64,000 nucleotides of DNA from Nemertoderma westbladi. Its lineage: Eukaryota > Animalia > Xenacoelomorpha. The notes under the pieces were generated by a model, which saw nothing but the letters and a program-made list of their open reading frames with translations, ran no database searches and was not told the origin of the DNA. Shown here piece after piece: positions 13,278 through 27,063 of the stretch. Where the stretch lies: the NCBI GenBank assembly GCA_032718475.1, contig JAUCBJ010006468.1, forward strand, positions 1 to 64,000, read 5' to 3'. Position numbers and translations under genes: made by a program. Numbering within the stretch: the first letter of the stretch is position 1; every line of letters begins with the position of its first letter.

Positions 13278-15924
13278 TATTTGTTTTTATTTCTAGTGGG
13301 ACTCTTGTTGTACGGTACATGTCTACTATGATGGGATAGATGAGCTTTAAACATTCTTAACAACAGGAAATACTTATCGGAATTCTCGTAACATTGCAGG
13401 AGTCTCAGTATCTGATTGTTGGTATCATCATGTTCTTGGTAACTGATCTTCTCAGTCAGAAACCTATCAGACAGCCGATAAGTGGGAAGGTCTTTTGTAG
13501 CATGGACCCTTTCAGCTACTACTGAAGTGGCATCATATGCGATCTTCGCCCTGGAATAGTGATGATGGAAACATCTTTTCAAATACACAATGGCTTTGCA
13601 AAGCCGATTCCAGGAGCTATAATGATCTATTGCCGTTTGTAGGAGAGGAGAGAGTCCTTGGGAGACGTCTGGTGTTCCAGATTTCCAGTCTCTTTCCCTT
13701 ATTTCTATAACGGATTTATTTATAGTTTGAGTAACATCCATAGATGAATTTAGATCCACAGTTGCATCACCGGTGGTGTGTAGCACAGACAGATCTATCG
13801 CTGGCTTAAACAGCTTTGATTTACTCGTCCGGGTTTCGGTTTGACTTTCTCCACTCCCTTGGCTTGTCTGATCTCCGCCGTGGTGAGATGAGGGGGCCAT
13901 TCCTCCTCTTCTTTACCTAGGAAGTTGGGTCCACCTACCCAGTCTGGATTATCTATCAATTCTTGAGGAGTTGCTCCTCTGGAAGCGATGTCGGCTGGAT
14001 TAATCGTCCCAGGGCAATGTCTCCATTGATCTATATTAGAGCGACTGAGTATAATGGCTACTCGGTTGGTAACAAAGACGCTGAACTGACAGACTTCATT
14101 AGTTATATACTCCAGAACGAGTAAAGCATCAGTCCAATAGACAGTTTTCTCTAGTGGATAGTCGATCTGTTCCGTTACATTCCGGCAGATGGCTGTAGCG
14201 TATAGAGCCGCCTCTAACTCCGCTCTGGGAACCCGCAGTTTGTTGTTTATTAGGGCCTTGGAGGCGGCTAATGAAACTTTAATTCCAGCAGGAATTTCAA
14301 CCCTCAGGTAGGCTACTATACCGATTCCAATATCGCTGGCATCTCCAAAAACATGGAGTTGATAGGAATACGTGGGGAGAATGTGACCGAAATACGAGCG
14401 GGAAATCTTAAAGTTCTCGATAGATGGTAAAGAATCTTCCCATTTCATCCACTTCTTTAGCAGTGCTCCCTTGAGTGGATCATCCCATGAGTAGTTTTTG
14501 AGACACATTTGTTGTACTAAGCTCCGAGCAACTTGTATGACTGGGCTAATGAATCCCAACAGATCAAAATAAGTGCTCAGAATACTCAGACAAATCCGTT
14601 TAGTTCTAACTGGATTATCCCGTTGCTTCAGTTGAAAGAATAAAACATCTCTCTCCGTGTCCCATTTCAGTCCAAGAGTCTTGGTTTCTGGAAGATCGTC
14701 CTTAATGAGGTCAAGGTCTTCAACACCTCGGTCTTCTACTGGGATCGATTCCAGGAACTCACGGGAGTTACTAGTGAACTTGGTTAGATGAAATCCACCT
14801 TGTTGTAAGCACTCTACCGTTCCCTTGGCAACATCGATTGCTTCTTCGACCGATGGGAGGGACTTTAGATTGGCGTCCATGTAAATATCCCGTTTGATGT
14901 TGTTGATAACCTCTTTAGAGAAGGCGTCTCTATTATCATCGGCAGTGGTGCGCACTACCGAACAAGCGTTCTTGGGGCTCGATATGATCCCGAAAGCCGG
15001 GATTGGCATCCAGTACTCCACCGGTTTTCGGTTGACGTCTCCTTCAGGCCACCACAGAAATCGTAGGCTGTCTCGATCCCTAGCTAACGCTTTAACTTGT
15101 AGAAACATGCCTTCAATGTCCGAAGCGAAGGTGATCAAATATTGCCGCAGTCGTAATAATATTCCCAACAAAGATTGGAGTAAGTTGGGTCCCGGCAACA
15201 GCTCCGAATTTAGGGATTCTCCCATATAAAGGGCGGAGCCGTCAAACACTACCCGGACTTCGTTTGGTTTACCGGGCTTGGGAACGTAATGATGTGTCAA
15301 GTAATATGTTCTCTCCATTATGGGTGTTTCTTCTGGAACTCTCTCCGCGTATACCTTATTTATAAACTTCTTTAATTGAGTTTTATACATTTATTTGGCT
15401 CGATCGTTAGCCGTCAAACGCCGATGTAGTTGTGCGATTCTTTTTTCCGCTAAAGGTCGGTTATTCATGAAGCTGGGTTCTCTCCTTCTGAAAGGCAGAC
15501 CAATTTCATAATGACCCTCATCTTTCAGATAATGTGTAGTCGTTTCCTGAATCTGCTTGGCTCTCTCTTCCTCGACGGATAACGCTTTGTCGTAGGAATT
15601 AGGCTCTACGGCTTCTTGAGTAAAGAATCGTACAGTGTGTTCATCGCGTACCTTACTATTGTATCGCTCTACCGCTTCATTTAGTTCGTCGTCATAAGTC
15701 AATTGTTCGCTATTTTGACTGATAAGGTTACACAAATTAACTTGGTTTAACCAAGTTTGATTCTCTGTGAGGAGTTCAATGGTATTTTCCTCGTCATACA
15801 AATGCTGTATATCGTCATTATCGGAGGAGCATGGTGTTTCCTCAGCTGGGATTTCCTCTTCACTTCTATCTTCCTCACATTCATTTACATGACGGACTTG
15901 CTCTCTCGGCAGTCTTTCTTGCAA
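13277..15924 (-). pseudogene. pol: Element B pol: BEL/Pao RT and RNase H (stop at ~15391, frameshift at ~13900)
   Basis: VRVVFDGS, SLNSELLPGPNLL, SDIEGMFLQV, YMDA (degenerate YxDD), QLHVFGDAS, PRAELEAA, WRHCPGTINPADIASRG. Confidence 0.92.
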
Positions 15925-16127
15925 AGTCCTGTGGGAAGGTCCCGTGAAGTACCAACCTACTCTTGTTCTTCCCGCGTAGGTCTGGAGTGGTCGCGGTCGA
16001 GCAGGCCGCTTTTCTATTGTCTCAAGCGCCTCGTGCGCATTTTGGCCGAGTTGTATCTGTACCCCTGGATAATCGGTAGTATCTGTACCCCTGGATAATT
16101 GGTACTGAATCTAGGTATGTTGTATTG

Positions 16128-16427
16128 CTAGGTAAAATGGTCTTCATCCCAGTTGTAAGGCTCCACTAGGCTAGTAGCAAAGTTCTTTATCGTTTCACCT
16201 AGTTCATCCTGGGGAATGGACAATGATCCCACGTAGTAGTCGGTTGATACCGTGGATTTCCAAACCTGCATAATCCCGGAAAGGTTCAGTTTGGTTCGGA
16301 ACTTTGGTTGACCAACAAAGATATCTTCGGCTAGGTCTTTGTCTATAAAGGTGCCTGTACTGCCGGAGTCAAGGAGCGCATTCACTATTAAGCTCTTCCC
16401 TATTCCATGTACTCTCAGTTGCACCAA
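16128..16427 (-). pseudogene. Element B aspartic protease fragment
   Basis: ALLDSGSTGTFI motif. Confidence 0.85.
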
Positions 16428-16571
16428 GGGAAACTCTCGGATACCGACAGATGATGTTGGCGCTTTCCATGAGAGCTGTCGATCCGGAATAGACAGTCAG
16501 GGTTCCTCTCCCTCCGTTTCGGTCTCATACGTAAGTGCTCGATATACGGTTGTGTTGATCATATAACAGGA

Positions 16572-18587
16572 TTAATTTTCGTCTGAAAATTCATCGGTGT
16601 AGAATCCTTCCATCTCCGAACTGTGGTCAGTGTCGTTCACATCACTGAATTGGACATGTAGTTCGGGCTCACTTACCTGACTCGTCCTGGTCTTATCAAA
16701 CTCGGTGTGCAGCAAGATATGTTGTTTCGCGCCACACTTAGCACACCTCACGTCTGAGTAACAGGTTTTCCTTTGATATCCTCGCCTGAGGCAGTTATAG
16801 CACAACCGTTTATCCCACATGACATCACGTCTATCCTTTATTTCTTTCTTTAAGAATTCTTCGCACCCACTCAAGCGATGTGGCCCATTGCACAATACAC
16901 ACTTAGGTTTGATGTTACTTACCTTAATCTGCATTGTATTTTGAACGCTAGCTCTTTCTTCGGGCTTCCTTCCATGAATTCTCTTAGGAGACATAGGGGG
17001 AGTTGTCATCTGTTCTCTCTTGCCACTGGTTCGAGCCTTAGATTTACTTACTTCTTTCCTGATCTTATTTACGTAGTAAGATCTCTTGGTGTCCTTGCCA
17101 CTATTCTCGTCATAAGACGTTTGGCTTTCGTAATCATCTGTATAACACACTGGTGTTACCTTTCTCCTAGTAATGGGTTTTTCACTTACCTTACTTTCCG
17201 GAGTCTTCTCTCTAGACTGTTTTAGGAGCTGTAATCTTACCTCTCCGTTTAAGAACGACATGAGGTCAGCCATGGTTGGGTCTCTATGTTGTTGGTCCAT
17301 CAGATAGAGAACCTTTTTGTCCCAGCGAGTACCTACTCCACCCTTTGGCAAAGTTGATGCTACGGCTCCAACAACCATAAAACTCTGGTATTCCTGAGAC
17401 TTACCCAACCAGTCTAGCTGTCTACAGATCTCCTGAATCTCATCGGAAAACTCTATAATCCCGCTGCTAAGAAACGTTCGGGGCGCTACTAATTTCGCAT
17501 ACAGATATCTAGCTATGTTAGTCCTATTACCATACCTGATATTAAGTGTATCCCAAACTTGTCTCAATCCGTCTGGATGTCCAATAAACTTTAACGCCCT
17601 TAACTTGGGAGGTCCTTCCAAGCACTCGATGAGTAATCGTAGTTTCTCTCCGCTGGATAATACGGAGTTCTATATGTTATCTTTGTAATATTCATTAAAA
17701 GGTAACCATTTCATATCATCTCCATTAAACTTGACGACCTCTCCCATCTTTACCCCTTGACGGCGGGCTTTCGTTCTAGCCATCTGACGTGTAAAGCTTT
17801 CTTGAACCATCGTATTATTTAATATCGAATTATCGGTATATAAATTTCTCGGGTTATTATCAGATCGGTATGGGATATCATTACCAACAGGCTTATTAAT
17901 ACCCTTAATAGGGATTACTATCGGAGTTTCTACTTTACTAGCAGTATAGATGTGTGTAGGCTCCACACCTTGCGCATGAAATCTTCAGACCTAATGGGCT
18001 GACACATCACTACAGAGGGTGGTGGTATACCCATTTGTATATTTACCAATTTATCGCGTTCGAGAGCGATATTTTGCTGTACTTCTTGCAACTCTAACTT
18101 ACTCTCTCTTACTGTTCCATTTAACAGCTGAACAGTCCCTTCCAATTCTCGGACTTGTTTGGACTTGTTTCATCCAATCCACTTGATGTTCTTCTATGGC
18201 TATAAGTACTCTAGTGAGCACTGCCCCAGGAAGAATTAGAAGTGGGTCTGGATAAACCTCTTCTTCCATCCTTGTTCCGATCTCGGGCATTAACTCTTTG
18301 GTGTCGGAACTAGAGTTACTATGTATTTGAGAAATAAGTTCTCGGTTTGGGGACCGCGATGGCTGTTTTACAGCCATCGCTTGGTCTCGCTTAACTTGCG
18401 CCCTGGTGCCGATAATAGACCTATGGTGCTTCACTAGCCTAGGGTCTGATACCACTAATGTAGGAATGACTTTTCTTACAGTAGTAGGGGACTTAGACTT
18501 CGGTCTGGGATGTTCCATACTTTGATCTGAGTCACAGATCGTTCTTTCCAAGAGACTATCTGACTGTGTTTGTTTTGTGTCAGACAT
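16572..18587 (-). pseudogene. gag: Element B gag (fragmented)
   Basis: FNGDDMKWLPF, WDTLNIRYGN and the BEL-type triple Cys/His cluster CVLC..H..C, CYNC, CAKCGAKQHILLH. Confidence 0.88.
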
Positions 18588-20366
18588 AATTTATTTTACA
18601 GTTGAATGCCTACTACTATAATAACAGTTAAAGCAAGTCTAGGGGAAATCAGTATCAACTGTTAGTCTAGTAGTTACCGATATCGCTACTCAATGTAACG
18701 TGGCATATATCTAATATTAGAATACTGGTATACACCTATAGTATATATATCAGTATTATTACAGTACAGACTATGATCAGTCACAGAATACTGGGATATT
18801 AGTTTAGCCTAAATTATATAAATATATAATAAGATTACTGTAAACACCGGTAATGTCAATTATTTAATAATTACTGATTATCCGAATTTTAGGGATTACT
18901 TCCCTTTACTTTATTACTGGTATTAAGCAGTAGTTCAACTGATATTAAGACCTAATTGATGTATAACAGGCCTACTATTTTATAAATCTGATTGAGTTGA
19001 TTTATAAATATGTATATATATACCCATAATGGGTTTGATCAATATTTGAAATAAATGTTATTATTTCCGAGTAAGGAGTCACTACACAGAGGCTGGACGC
19101 TCTCAGTGGAGTTAGACTTGTTCCACTTGCTACTTGTTAGACACTAATACTGATAATTCTACTTAACTAAGTTACTTATCACTACAAATTACTTACGTAT
19201 CGGGTTGAGATTACACAATCTCTAAATAAACAATAAACAAGTTACACATACACTTTTTTAGGGTAATTTAACAAGAAATTTACGAACCAGACTAACAAGG
19301 AGTTAGAATTTCTAATTCTTACAAACTGACAGGAATTACGGTATTTGAAACCAATAAAGTAGTATTAAGTACGTTGTGTTTTCCAGATAAGGAAAGGCCA
19401 CCGTCTGATGGCTTATAGTCTTACACTATAAGCACTACGTTATGTACCCGGAGTGTCCTATACCTAGAGGTTAATTATCGAAGCCAACCAGAGCTAATGG
19501 ACCTATTAACCACATTACAACACAAATGTACTGCCTACACACTAAATTACTTTCAGGAAAGCATTGTACTCTAAACCCTAAATTATGTACAAGCACTTAT
19601 ACAACATATAACTAGCAGTTAAATATACGTGAACAGCCAAAAGAACCATGGTATCTGCTGGAGTGACCGGAGCACAAAATCACTAGTCTGTCCTACGCCA
19701 AGCAGTCCTGAAGTAGTACCGGGGTTAATTTAACTATAACAGTATGCATAACAAGCATAATTACTGTAAGGGATAAACTTGGGGAGATGAAGGTTGCAAG
19801 TACTTGCATAAACTCTGAATAATAAATATTACGCTACCCGTACAGACTATTCAAATACAACACAGACCAAATGCTGGCAGACTACTGTCAAGCCTAAATA
19901 AACCACAGTATATGCAATCTCCGAAATGGTTAGTTAGTAAGTGTTCTAACTACGTAGTATGACTTATTCTTTCGTGGGGGATTTACCTTACAGCACTGGA
20001 TATGCCTCCACTTTCCTAACTAGCACTTTATCGGACAGACACTCTACATACACTGCAATCACCTCAGACCTAACAACAGTTAGACAACAATCCGGCCTAC
20101 AAATTATTTATACAATCTGAGCAGAATTACACACCTTCTGCTCAACATTACACTTACCGGTAAACAGAAATAAGTAAAATCCTAATAAAAACCAGGGCTG
20201 CAGTCCACGATTAAATATTAAGACCTACCGGTATATAATTATCACAATCGAACTAATACTGTTGTACCTGTAAGTACCGGTTCGGATCAGGCCTACAGTT
20301 TACCGTCCTACAGGTACGTTGTGGGTTTATTGCCTACTGGGCAATAAAAGAAACCAAATCTATTAA

Positions 20367-21483
20367 TGTTCGCACTTTTAGACCTTTAGCAGTTTAACCT
20401 GCCAATTTAAATGTCTTTTTAATTATGAATCGACTTTAGCCCTTACCAATTACCTGGTGTACTGAAGTTACATCCGCCGAAGCCAGTCTGTGCGCGACGT
20501 ATGACCGGTGTATGCGCGGCGGTGTGGGAGACTGGATTCGGGTTCCCTAGGAAGTTATTGCGATGTAGGCTACTTTGTATTATTCGATTGATCGCTACTA
20601 TATAATCTCTGACAACTATATTTACTTTCGGGGAAATATTAACACTTCCTTTAGGATGTGGCACTTTAAGTATAAAACAGAGTTATGACTTACACTAATC
20701 ACAACTAGATGGCCACGGAGTTTCATAAATAGCGCATTCTTTAGGAGATGCTTTATTAACCGTCATACAACTTCACACTACTTCATACTAATTTATACTA
20801 ATTCACACTAATTTGCAGACCGTCACTGATTTTTATCATATATAAGGAGGATTGCAACTGACACACGTAGGGATTATGAAATAGCATTTAATTCACACAA
20901 AACCACTATAATTTGAGTCACAGTTGCTACTGGTAGACCGTTCCTCCGCTTACCTCAGTAATCAAGAAAGTTGAGGGGTTTACGATTATTTATCAGTATT
21001 CTCCAAATATAACATCCATCAATATAAACAGCAATTAACACAATATAAAACAGCATTAAACGGTTCGGTGAACAGTCAGTATGTGTTCATGAAGTTCAGT
21101 ATGATAAGTCAAATGACAAGTGTATGACCAGTATGAATTGTCAATAGATTTACGTTCTTATAACTAAGGCCATCAGATGTTCTTGGGCCAAAGTCTGAAA
21201 CGACCGTACTCAGTACAGAATTCTGAGAGGAATCTAATTCTCAGAAAAAACGATAACTAATGCGCATTCGTTTACACAGGTAGGTCTCTACTGGCATAAC
21301 TGAGAAGATTGCTCTGATTGGCTGAATAGGCTCAAACAAAGGAATCTCCACGTACACAAAGAATCAGCTGACAGATTTCGTCATCTTGGTTCTAATTTCT
21401 GTCCGACGCGTAGTTGAACAATTTTAGAGTTATTTTAGCGCATTGCGTAAAAATGACTTGTTATGTCTGCAAAAGCTTTTACA
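20367..21483 (-). repeat. 5' LTR of element B
   Basis: Direct repeat of 7053-8157. Confidence 0.93.
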
Positions 21484-21650
21484 GACCGGTCATAGTTATT
21501 GACCGACACCGCCATACCAGTAACTATTTATCTGTATTTCTGCTTTAACCACACATTGTGCTATCATCGGATATTTACTAACATCAAGAAACAACAGTAA
21601 CTCTTATTGTTTTTCCCCTACAGCCTCGGCCGGCAGATGCATTCCCGAGA

Positions 21651-23078
21651 GTGAGACAGTCGCTACCACATGCGGCCACGCAGGGGACTACAAGTCCACA
21701 GTTAGCTGGGAGTAGGGCCACACCGTGGCAGGGACAGAAACAAATTAACAACACGAACAAATATAATCCCAATATACCCAGTAGGCCAAGTCCAAATAAC
21801 CAAAACACTAAACCGGTAGATATGAATCTACGCGCAATACGTGAATGTCTATACAGGGAGCGCTACAATCCAGGATACGAATGTCAATTGCATAGGGATG
21901 GAACCCATAAGACCATGAGTTGTAAGCATTGGCAAACGTTGCCTAAACAAGATCGTGTAGCCTACGCGGATACAAACGGACTATGTCATCGATGCGTGGT
22001 AGAGGGACACAGATTCGGAGAGTGTAGAGAAACACCAATAGAATATGATGAGACTGGAGGCCAAACTATGGCTACGTGCACGACGGGAGCAAGGAGAAAA
22101 AGGAAAGTACTACTCAGGGTAGTACCAGTGAGGATAACAGGAAAGGGTGGCCGATCAGTCACAACATTGATGCTGGTTGACAGCGGAGCAGCCTTCACGC
22201 TGGTGGAGAATTGGGTGGCAGAGGAGATAGGGTTACAGATGAGGCCGAGTAGGATGGCAGTAACTACTATCTCGAGTAAGGATGAGGTCCTGGAGATGAG
22301 GACGGGATGGTGCGAGATATCAGCAATAGCACCAGGATGTGATTATGGGGTGACCATCGACCCCATACAGATAATAGAATCAATTAATATAAGCGCCAGG
22401 CGACCCACCAAGATCGAGGTTGAGCAATACCGGTTCCTGGACGATATCGATTTCTCAATAACGGAAGTGGACGTCTCGAAGGTATCCATCATAGTCGGAA
22501 TGGATTTTCCGACGGCAAAAGAGAGAGTACGGACCATATTCGGAGAGAATAAACAGCGGGATACGACGGCGATTCTCACGCCATTCGGATGGACGCTTAG
22601 CAGCCCAATCAAAACCAAGATTCCAATCAGGGTGTCGGAGACATCAGGGTGCATGCTATCAGGCACTGTTAAGGACGTAGAGGAGAAACCAGAGACGGGC
22701 GATGGGGAGGTCCCATGTGAGAAGTGGGCCGGGGAAGGATACCAGGAGTTGGGTATAGACAGGCAGTACTCTGTTAATCTACAGGAGCTAATAAACCAAC
22801 AGGTTGATGCCATCAATGATGCTGACGACAGCAGGCAATCATCCCAGGCATGGAAATCAATCAATCTGCTTACTGGGCGGAAAAGCCAACCAACCACCAA
22901 GGTTAAGGCTGAATCACCAGCCGATCGCCTCAATGGTTGGAAAGCCCACTTTGAAAAGCTCCTCAATAATGACAGGGTATTGCCTGATAACTTTATAGAA
23001 GTAAAAGTGTCTGAGTCTGTACTCCCAGATATTCCCATTGGCGATATCTCCTTTGCAGAAGTGAAGGCACTGCGCTAA
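21651..23078 (+). pseudogene. Element A gag C-terminus and protease fused in frame to an RTE fragment
   Basis: CQLH...H...C and LCHRCVVEGHRFGEC knuckles, VLLRVVPVRI, LVDSGA, AILTPFGWTL. From ~22775 the ORF reads RTE-like (AWKSINLLTGRK...WKAHFEKLLN). Confidence 0.8.
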
Positions 23079-23292
23079 GAGAAAGCTTATCTGCCAAGGC
23101 AGTCAGCTCACCTTGTCGCATTGGGGACCCGAGTGTTAGGGTGTTTACTGAGGCTAGTCTTGTGACTTGCCTCAGATTCACCAATGGCTTTGTTGGTCGG
23201 GGTGGAACATGAGAGTAGCCTCCAACTCCAGAATCCCTCTCCCCATCACAATCTCCTTCCTGGTGACCCAGGGTTTGGGCCAGAAAGGTCAT
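22775..23292. mobile_element. Rearranged RTE LINE fragment (linker on +, APE endonuclease N-terminus on -)
   Basis: Minus-strand TRLASVNTLTL...GELTALADKLSLSAV resembles an APE N-terminus and abuts the plus-strand linker at ~23075. Confidence 0.6.
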
Positions 23293-23808
23293 CAGGAAAG
23301 GGACTCAAAGAATTGTCAAGATATCAAGAATCAAAGGATAGAGGATAGTTCCAGAGAAATACCGTCGGTAGATGAATTAGGAGGGGAAGCTACAGCAAGA
23401 GAGTGGGCGGAGGAGAATGGATTCGACGCGGAAAACTTAGAGACGATGGGATGGAACAAGGATGTCCCCGGCATCTATCGGTATGAGGATGGAGAGGAGT
23501 GGACGGCGAGATGTCCGGAGAAGTGTCCGGAGGAGACGCCGGTCCGGTTGGGAGGCATACCGAAAAGGGGAAGGACAAATAAGAAGACAGGGTGGAAAGA
23601 GATAGGATTACTATTATCCTTTCTGTTTTATCTATTCTTTCGATTTCTTTTCATTCTACCGCCAGATGACGACAACATGAAGGGTGGCATTTTGCTGCCA
23701 GGGGACCATGAGGAAATCAAGAAGGCGACCGAAAGACCCGATTTTAGGGTGGTGGAGGAGGGAGAATCAATTCCTAGAGAGTTGGAATTGACAAGGAGAG
23801 TGGGGTGA
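23167..23808 (+). CDS. Remnant accessory ORF of element A with one hydrophobic segment
   Basis: 213-aa frame with IGLLLSFLFYLFFRFLFIL. The first ~40 codons are RTE-derived, so the true start is lost. Confidence 0.3.
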   Translation: MPQIHQWLCWSGWNMRVASNSRIPLPITISFLVTQGLGQKGHQERDSKNCQDIKNQRIEDSSREIPSVDELGGEATAREWAEENGFDAENLETMGWNKDVPGIYRYEDGEEWTARCPEKCPEETPVRLGGIPKRGRTNKKTGWKEIGLLLSFLFYLFFRFLFILPPDDDNMKGGILLPGDHEEIKKATERPDFRVVEEGESIPRELELTRRVG

Positions 23809-24049
23809 AGGATAAGAGGACCTACAGGGGGGCAGTGGGAGAGTGCCTGCTGGAAGAATCGATGGAAGATCGAGGAATCCCTTAGAGTTTAGTCGTCCAA
23901 TATGTTAGACTGAGAGGGGTGGGAATGAGTGCGAGACGCCCTTCCTACACAAAATATAAAAATAATAAAATAATAAAAATTATTAATTAAAGAAGTGAGA
24001 TAAAATAGAAAGTTAGAAAGTAATAGTAGATAGTACGTAGTAGTAAGTA

Positions 24050-24830
24050 AGTAGGCAGAAGTATAGGGAGTGTGGTACATTAATGTACCACGAGAGTAGT
24101 AGGGTACATAGTACTGTTAGTAGGCAGATAGAAGTATAGGGAGTGTGGTATATAAACATACCACGGGAGTAGGAGGGTACATAGTACCATTAGAGTTAGA
24201 GTGTGAGATAGAAGTATAGGGAGTGTGGTACATTAATGTACCACGAGAGTAGTAGGGTACATAGTACTGTTAGTAGGCAGATAGAAGTATAGGGAGTGTG
24301 GTATATAAACACCACGGGAGTAGGAGGGTACATAGTACCATTAGAGTTAGAGTTGAGATAGAAGTATAGGGAGTGTGGTATATATATAAACATACCACGG
24401 GAATAGGAGGGTACATAGTACAATTAGAGTTAGAGTGTGAGATAGAAGTATAGGGAGTGTGGTATATATATAAACATACCACAGGAGTAGGGGGGTACAT
24501 AGTACCATTAGAGTTAGAGTGTGAGATAGAAGTATAGGGAGTGTGGTATATAAACATACCACGGGAGTAGGAGGGTACATAGTACCGTTAGAGTTAGAGT
24601 GTGAGATAGAAGCATAGGGAGTGTGGTATATAATCATACCACGGGAGTAGGAGGGTACATAGTACCGTTAGAGTTAGAGTGTGAGTTAGAAGTATAGGGA
24701 GTGTGGTATATAGACATACCACGAGAGTAGGAGGGTACATAGTACCATTAGAGTTAGTAGAGTTATTAGAGTTGGTAGAGTTAGTGGAGTTAGTAGAGTT
24801 AGTGGAGTTAGTAGAGTTGGCAAGAGTTAG
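24050..24830. repeat. ~70-84-bp minisatellite (~9 units) plus GAGTTAGTA-like tract in the 3' region of element A
   Basis: Unit gatagaagtatagggagtgtggtatataaacataccacgggagtaggagggtacatagtaccattagagttagagtgtga. Confidence 0.95.
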
Positions 24831-25407
24831 TAGTAAGAGAGTAGAGAATATGGTATATAGATACATCATACCATAGTAGCAGTAGGGTACATAGTAAGGA
24901 GAAAGTAGAAAGGTAGGTACGATAATAGCACAAAAGGGGGAAACATAGATAAAACAAAAATTTAAAAATAAAGTTAAGGAATATTGGCAGGAAAGAAAGA
25001 AGGAAGGTATAATATAATATGCACCGTAGTAAAGTACAACCTTTTTCCAATTAGCTACTGGGACTTGGTACTAATTGACTAGAACGGCAGGACGAGACTT
25101 AGACGGATCCCACTAACATAATGAGCAAATGTGTGGTACCCAATAAGTGTATGGAGAATGAAAACGAGAATGGGGAATCGGGGGGAAGCATGGAGAGGAG
25201 GTGTTGACACATGAGGGAGTGAGAGGTGTGCAATTCAAGCGTAGGGAGCGAGCAGGGAGAGAGGAAGGGAAAGCTGGAAAGGGCTGGAAAGCCAACCCCG
25301 AGAAAAGAACTCCACCCCACACCCGATATCAGATTGGGTTCCAGCGGAATTGAAGCGCACTTGAGGTTGATGCTATCTTCTCACCAGGAAGATAGCATGG
25401 GGGGGAG

Positions 25408-26057
25408 TGTAAGCGGATTCAATTCCACTTCATTACCCACCAGAAAATGGGACTAGTGGCATTTTAGCAATATGTCGGGTATACGAGATTACCAATATCA
25501 ATCTCGTATCATAACCAACATTGGGGGGGGGGGGGAGGGCGACACAAGCCCCAAAGCCACAGAGAAAGGTTAGAGGTCAAACCACCTCGGAGGGAACACA
25601 GCTAGTAGAGGCTAGCAGCTTAGGGGAAACACTCCCAGAGAGTGCCAAGGTGACAAGTAGTATATTAGCCAATAGAGGGGAGGGAAGCACGTGATAGGGA
25701 ACAGGACAGCATCCATTGGGTAGAAGGCCAAAGTAGAGTAAGAGGTGAAGCAATATTCAATGTATTAATCATATATTATCTCCGATTGTTGGATTGGTGT
25801 TTCTGTTGTGTTATTCAGTTTAGTTAGGGCACACAGGTCATAGTTATTGACCTACACCGCCATACCGGTAACTATTTATCTGTATTTCTGCTTTAACAAC
25901 ACATTGTGCTATCATCGGATATTTACTAACATCAAGAAGCAACAGTAACTTTTATTGTTTTTCCCCTATGGCCTCGGCCAAAGCTGTTAGTACGATCCCC
26001 AAGCAGAACGGTGACGCGTACTATAACAACCCGGTCGGGATCCCTGATCCCGTCACA
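25408..26057 (+). repeat. 3' LTR of element A
   Basis: TG...CA, preceded by a PPT and followed by the TSD. Matches 6623-7052 + 21489-21631. Confidence 0.9.
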
Positions 26058-27063
26058 ATAACTCAACCAAATCTCGATAACATATATCCAAACTTGGTAC
26101 ATAATGTAGTCTCGCAAAAGTTTAGAAATTACTCAAACAACTCGCCATCAAGGCCACCGCCTCTGTCTGTCGTAGTGTTGTTGGCGACCTCAACTTTTTG
26201 TATCGCTACTGCGCTAGCGCTACGGGCAAACTGGACTAACCAATGAGCGAGACCCGAGGACTGAAGAATGCATTGCATTTTTTGAGTAGTTTGACTGTGG
26301 ACTTCTATGACATCGATGCCAAGCTGCCAATGCGAAACTTTTGTTTAAAGTAAAAGTTTGGTTAAATTTTTTAATTATTTATTTAAATTTCTTAAGTACC
26401 GATTTTGGGATACAATTGCTCAATTCTAATCTGTATCTAATAACTGAGCCTCGTCCTGCGCGATGGCCCCACGAACGTGTACCAGTTTAAGAAGTATCCC
26501 ATGTGAAAGAGCGTAAACAATACCACATTTTGACACGTCATTTACATACTAGAGTGATATTGTATGAGCAATAATTGAAATGTTTATTATTTATTGAAAA
26601 ATTCTTTTTACGTTCGGTCAACTTTTGAAAGTTCGGATCGAAAGACATGGTTTCAGTTCAGCATAAAAAGCATACCACATAAAAGAGCGTTAAAAAGGCT
26701 ACATTTTGATTTGACATGTCGTATATACCCGTACTTACTGGACTGATTTTGTAACAGCAACAATTGAAATGTTTATTATTTATTTATCTATCTTTAATTA
26801 TTACTTCTACTTATTATTATTATCGAAAGTTTCATCTGGACCCGGTAAGAGTATCCGAAGGAAAAAAGTATGATTAGATTTTTCATACTTCGCTGTGACT
26901 CTATTCTCTATTTAGTTATCAGAATATATAAGAGAAACTAGGCTATGAAATGAAATTATTTACTGAATTATAATATTTGAACCTCTTCAAATGACAATTG
27001 GACACTGGACAGACAGACTGACGACAGACACAGACAAAACGTTAATAATAATAGTTTTAAAAC

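Larger units (their letters stand above)
7053..21483 (-). mobile_element. BEL/Pao LTR retrotransposon B (decayed, integrase core missing)
   Basis: ~1.1-kb TG...CA LTRs at 7053-8157 and 20367-21483. TSD GACCG at 7048-7052 and 21484-21488. Gag, protease, RT and RNase H fragments on the minus strand. Confidence 0.93.
6623..26057 (+). mobile_element. BEL/Pao LTR retrotransposon A (internally deleted; 5' LTR interrupted by element B)
   Basis: LTRs start tgtaagcggattcaattcc at 6623 and 25408, and the 3' LTR ends ...cccgtcaca at 26057. TSD ATAAC at 6618-6622 and 26058-26062. Polypurine tract at 25399-25407. Gag knuckle and protease in ORF 21651-23078. Confidence 0.88.

Noticed and set aside
23167-23808. 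env gene of element A
   Set aside because: Only one hydrophobic stretch, with no signal peptide, Cys-rich ectodomain or recognisable fusion protein motif.
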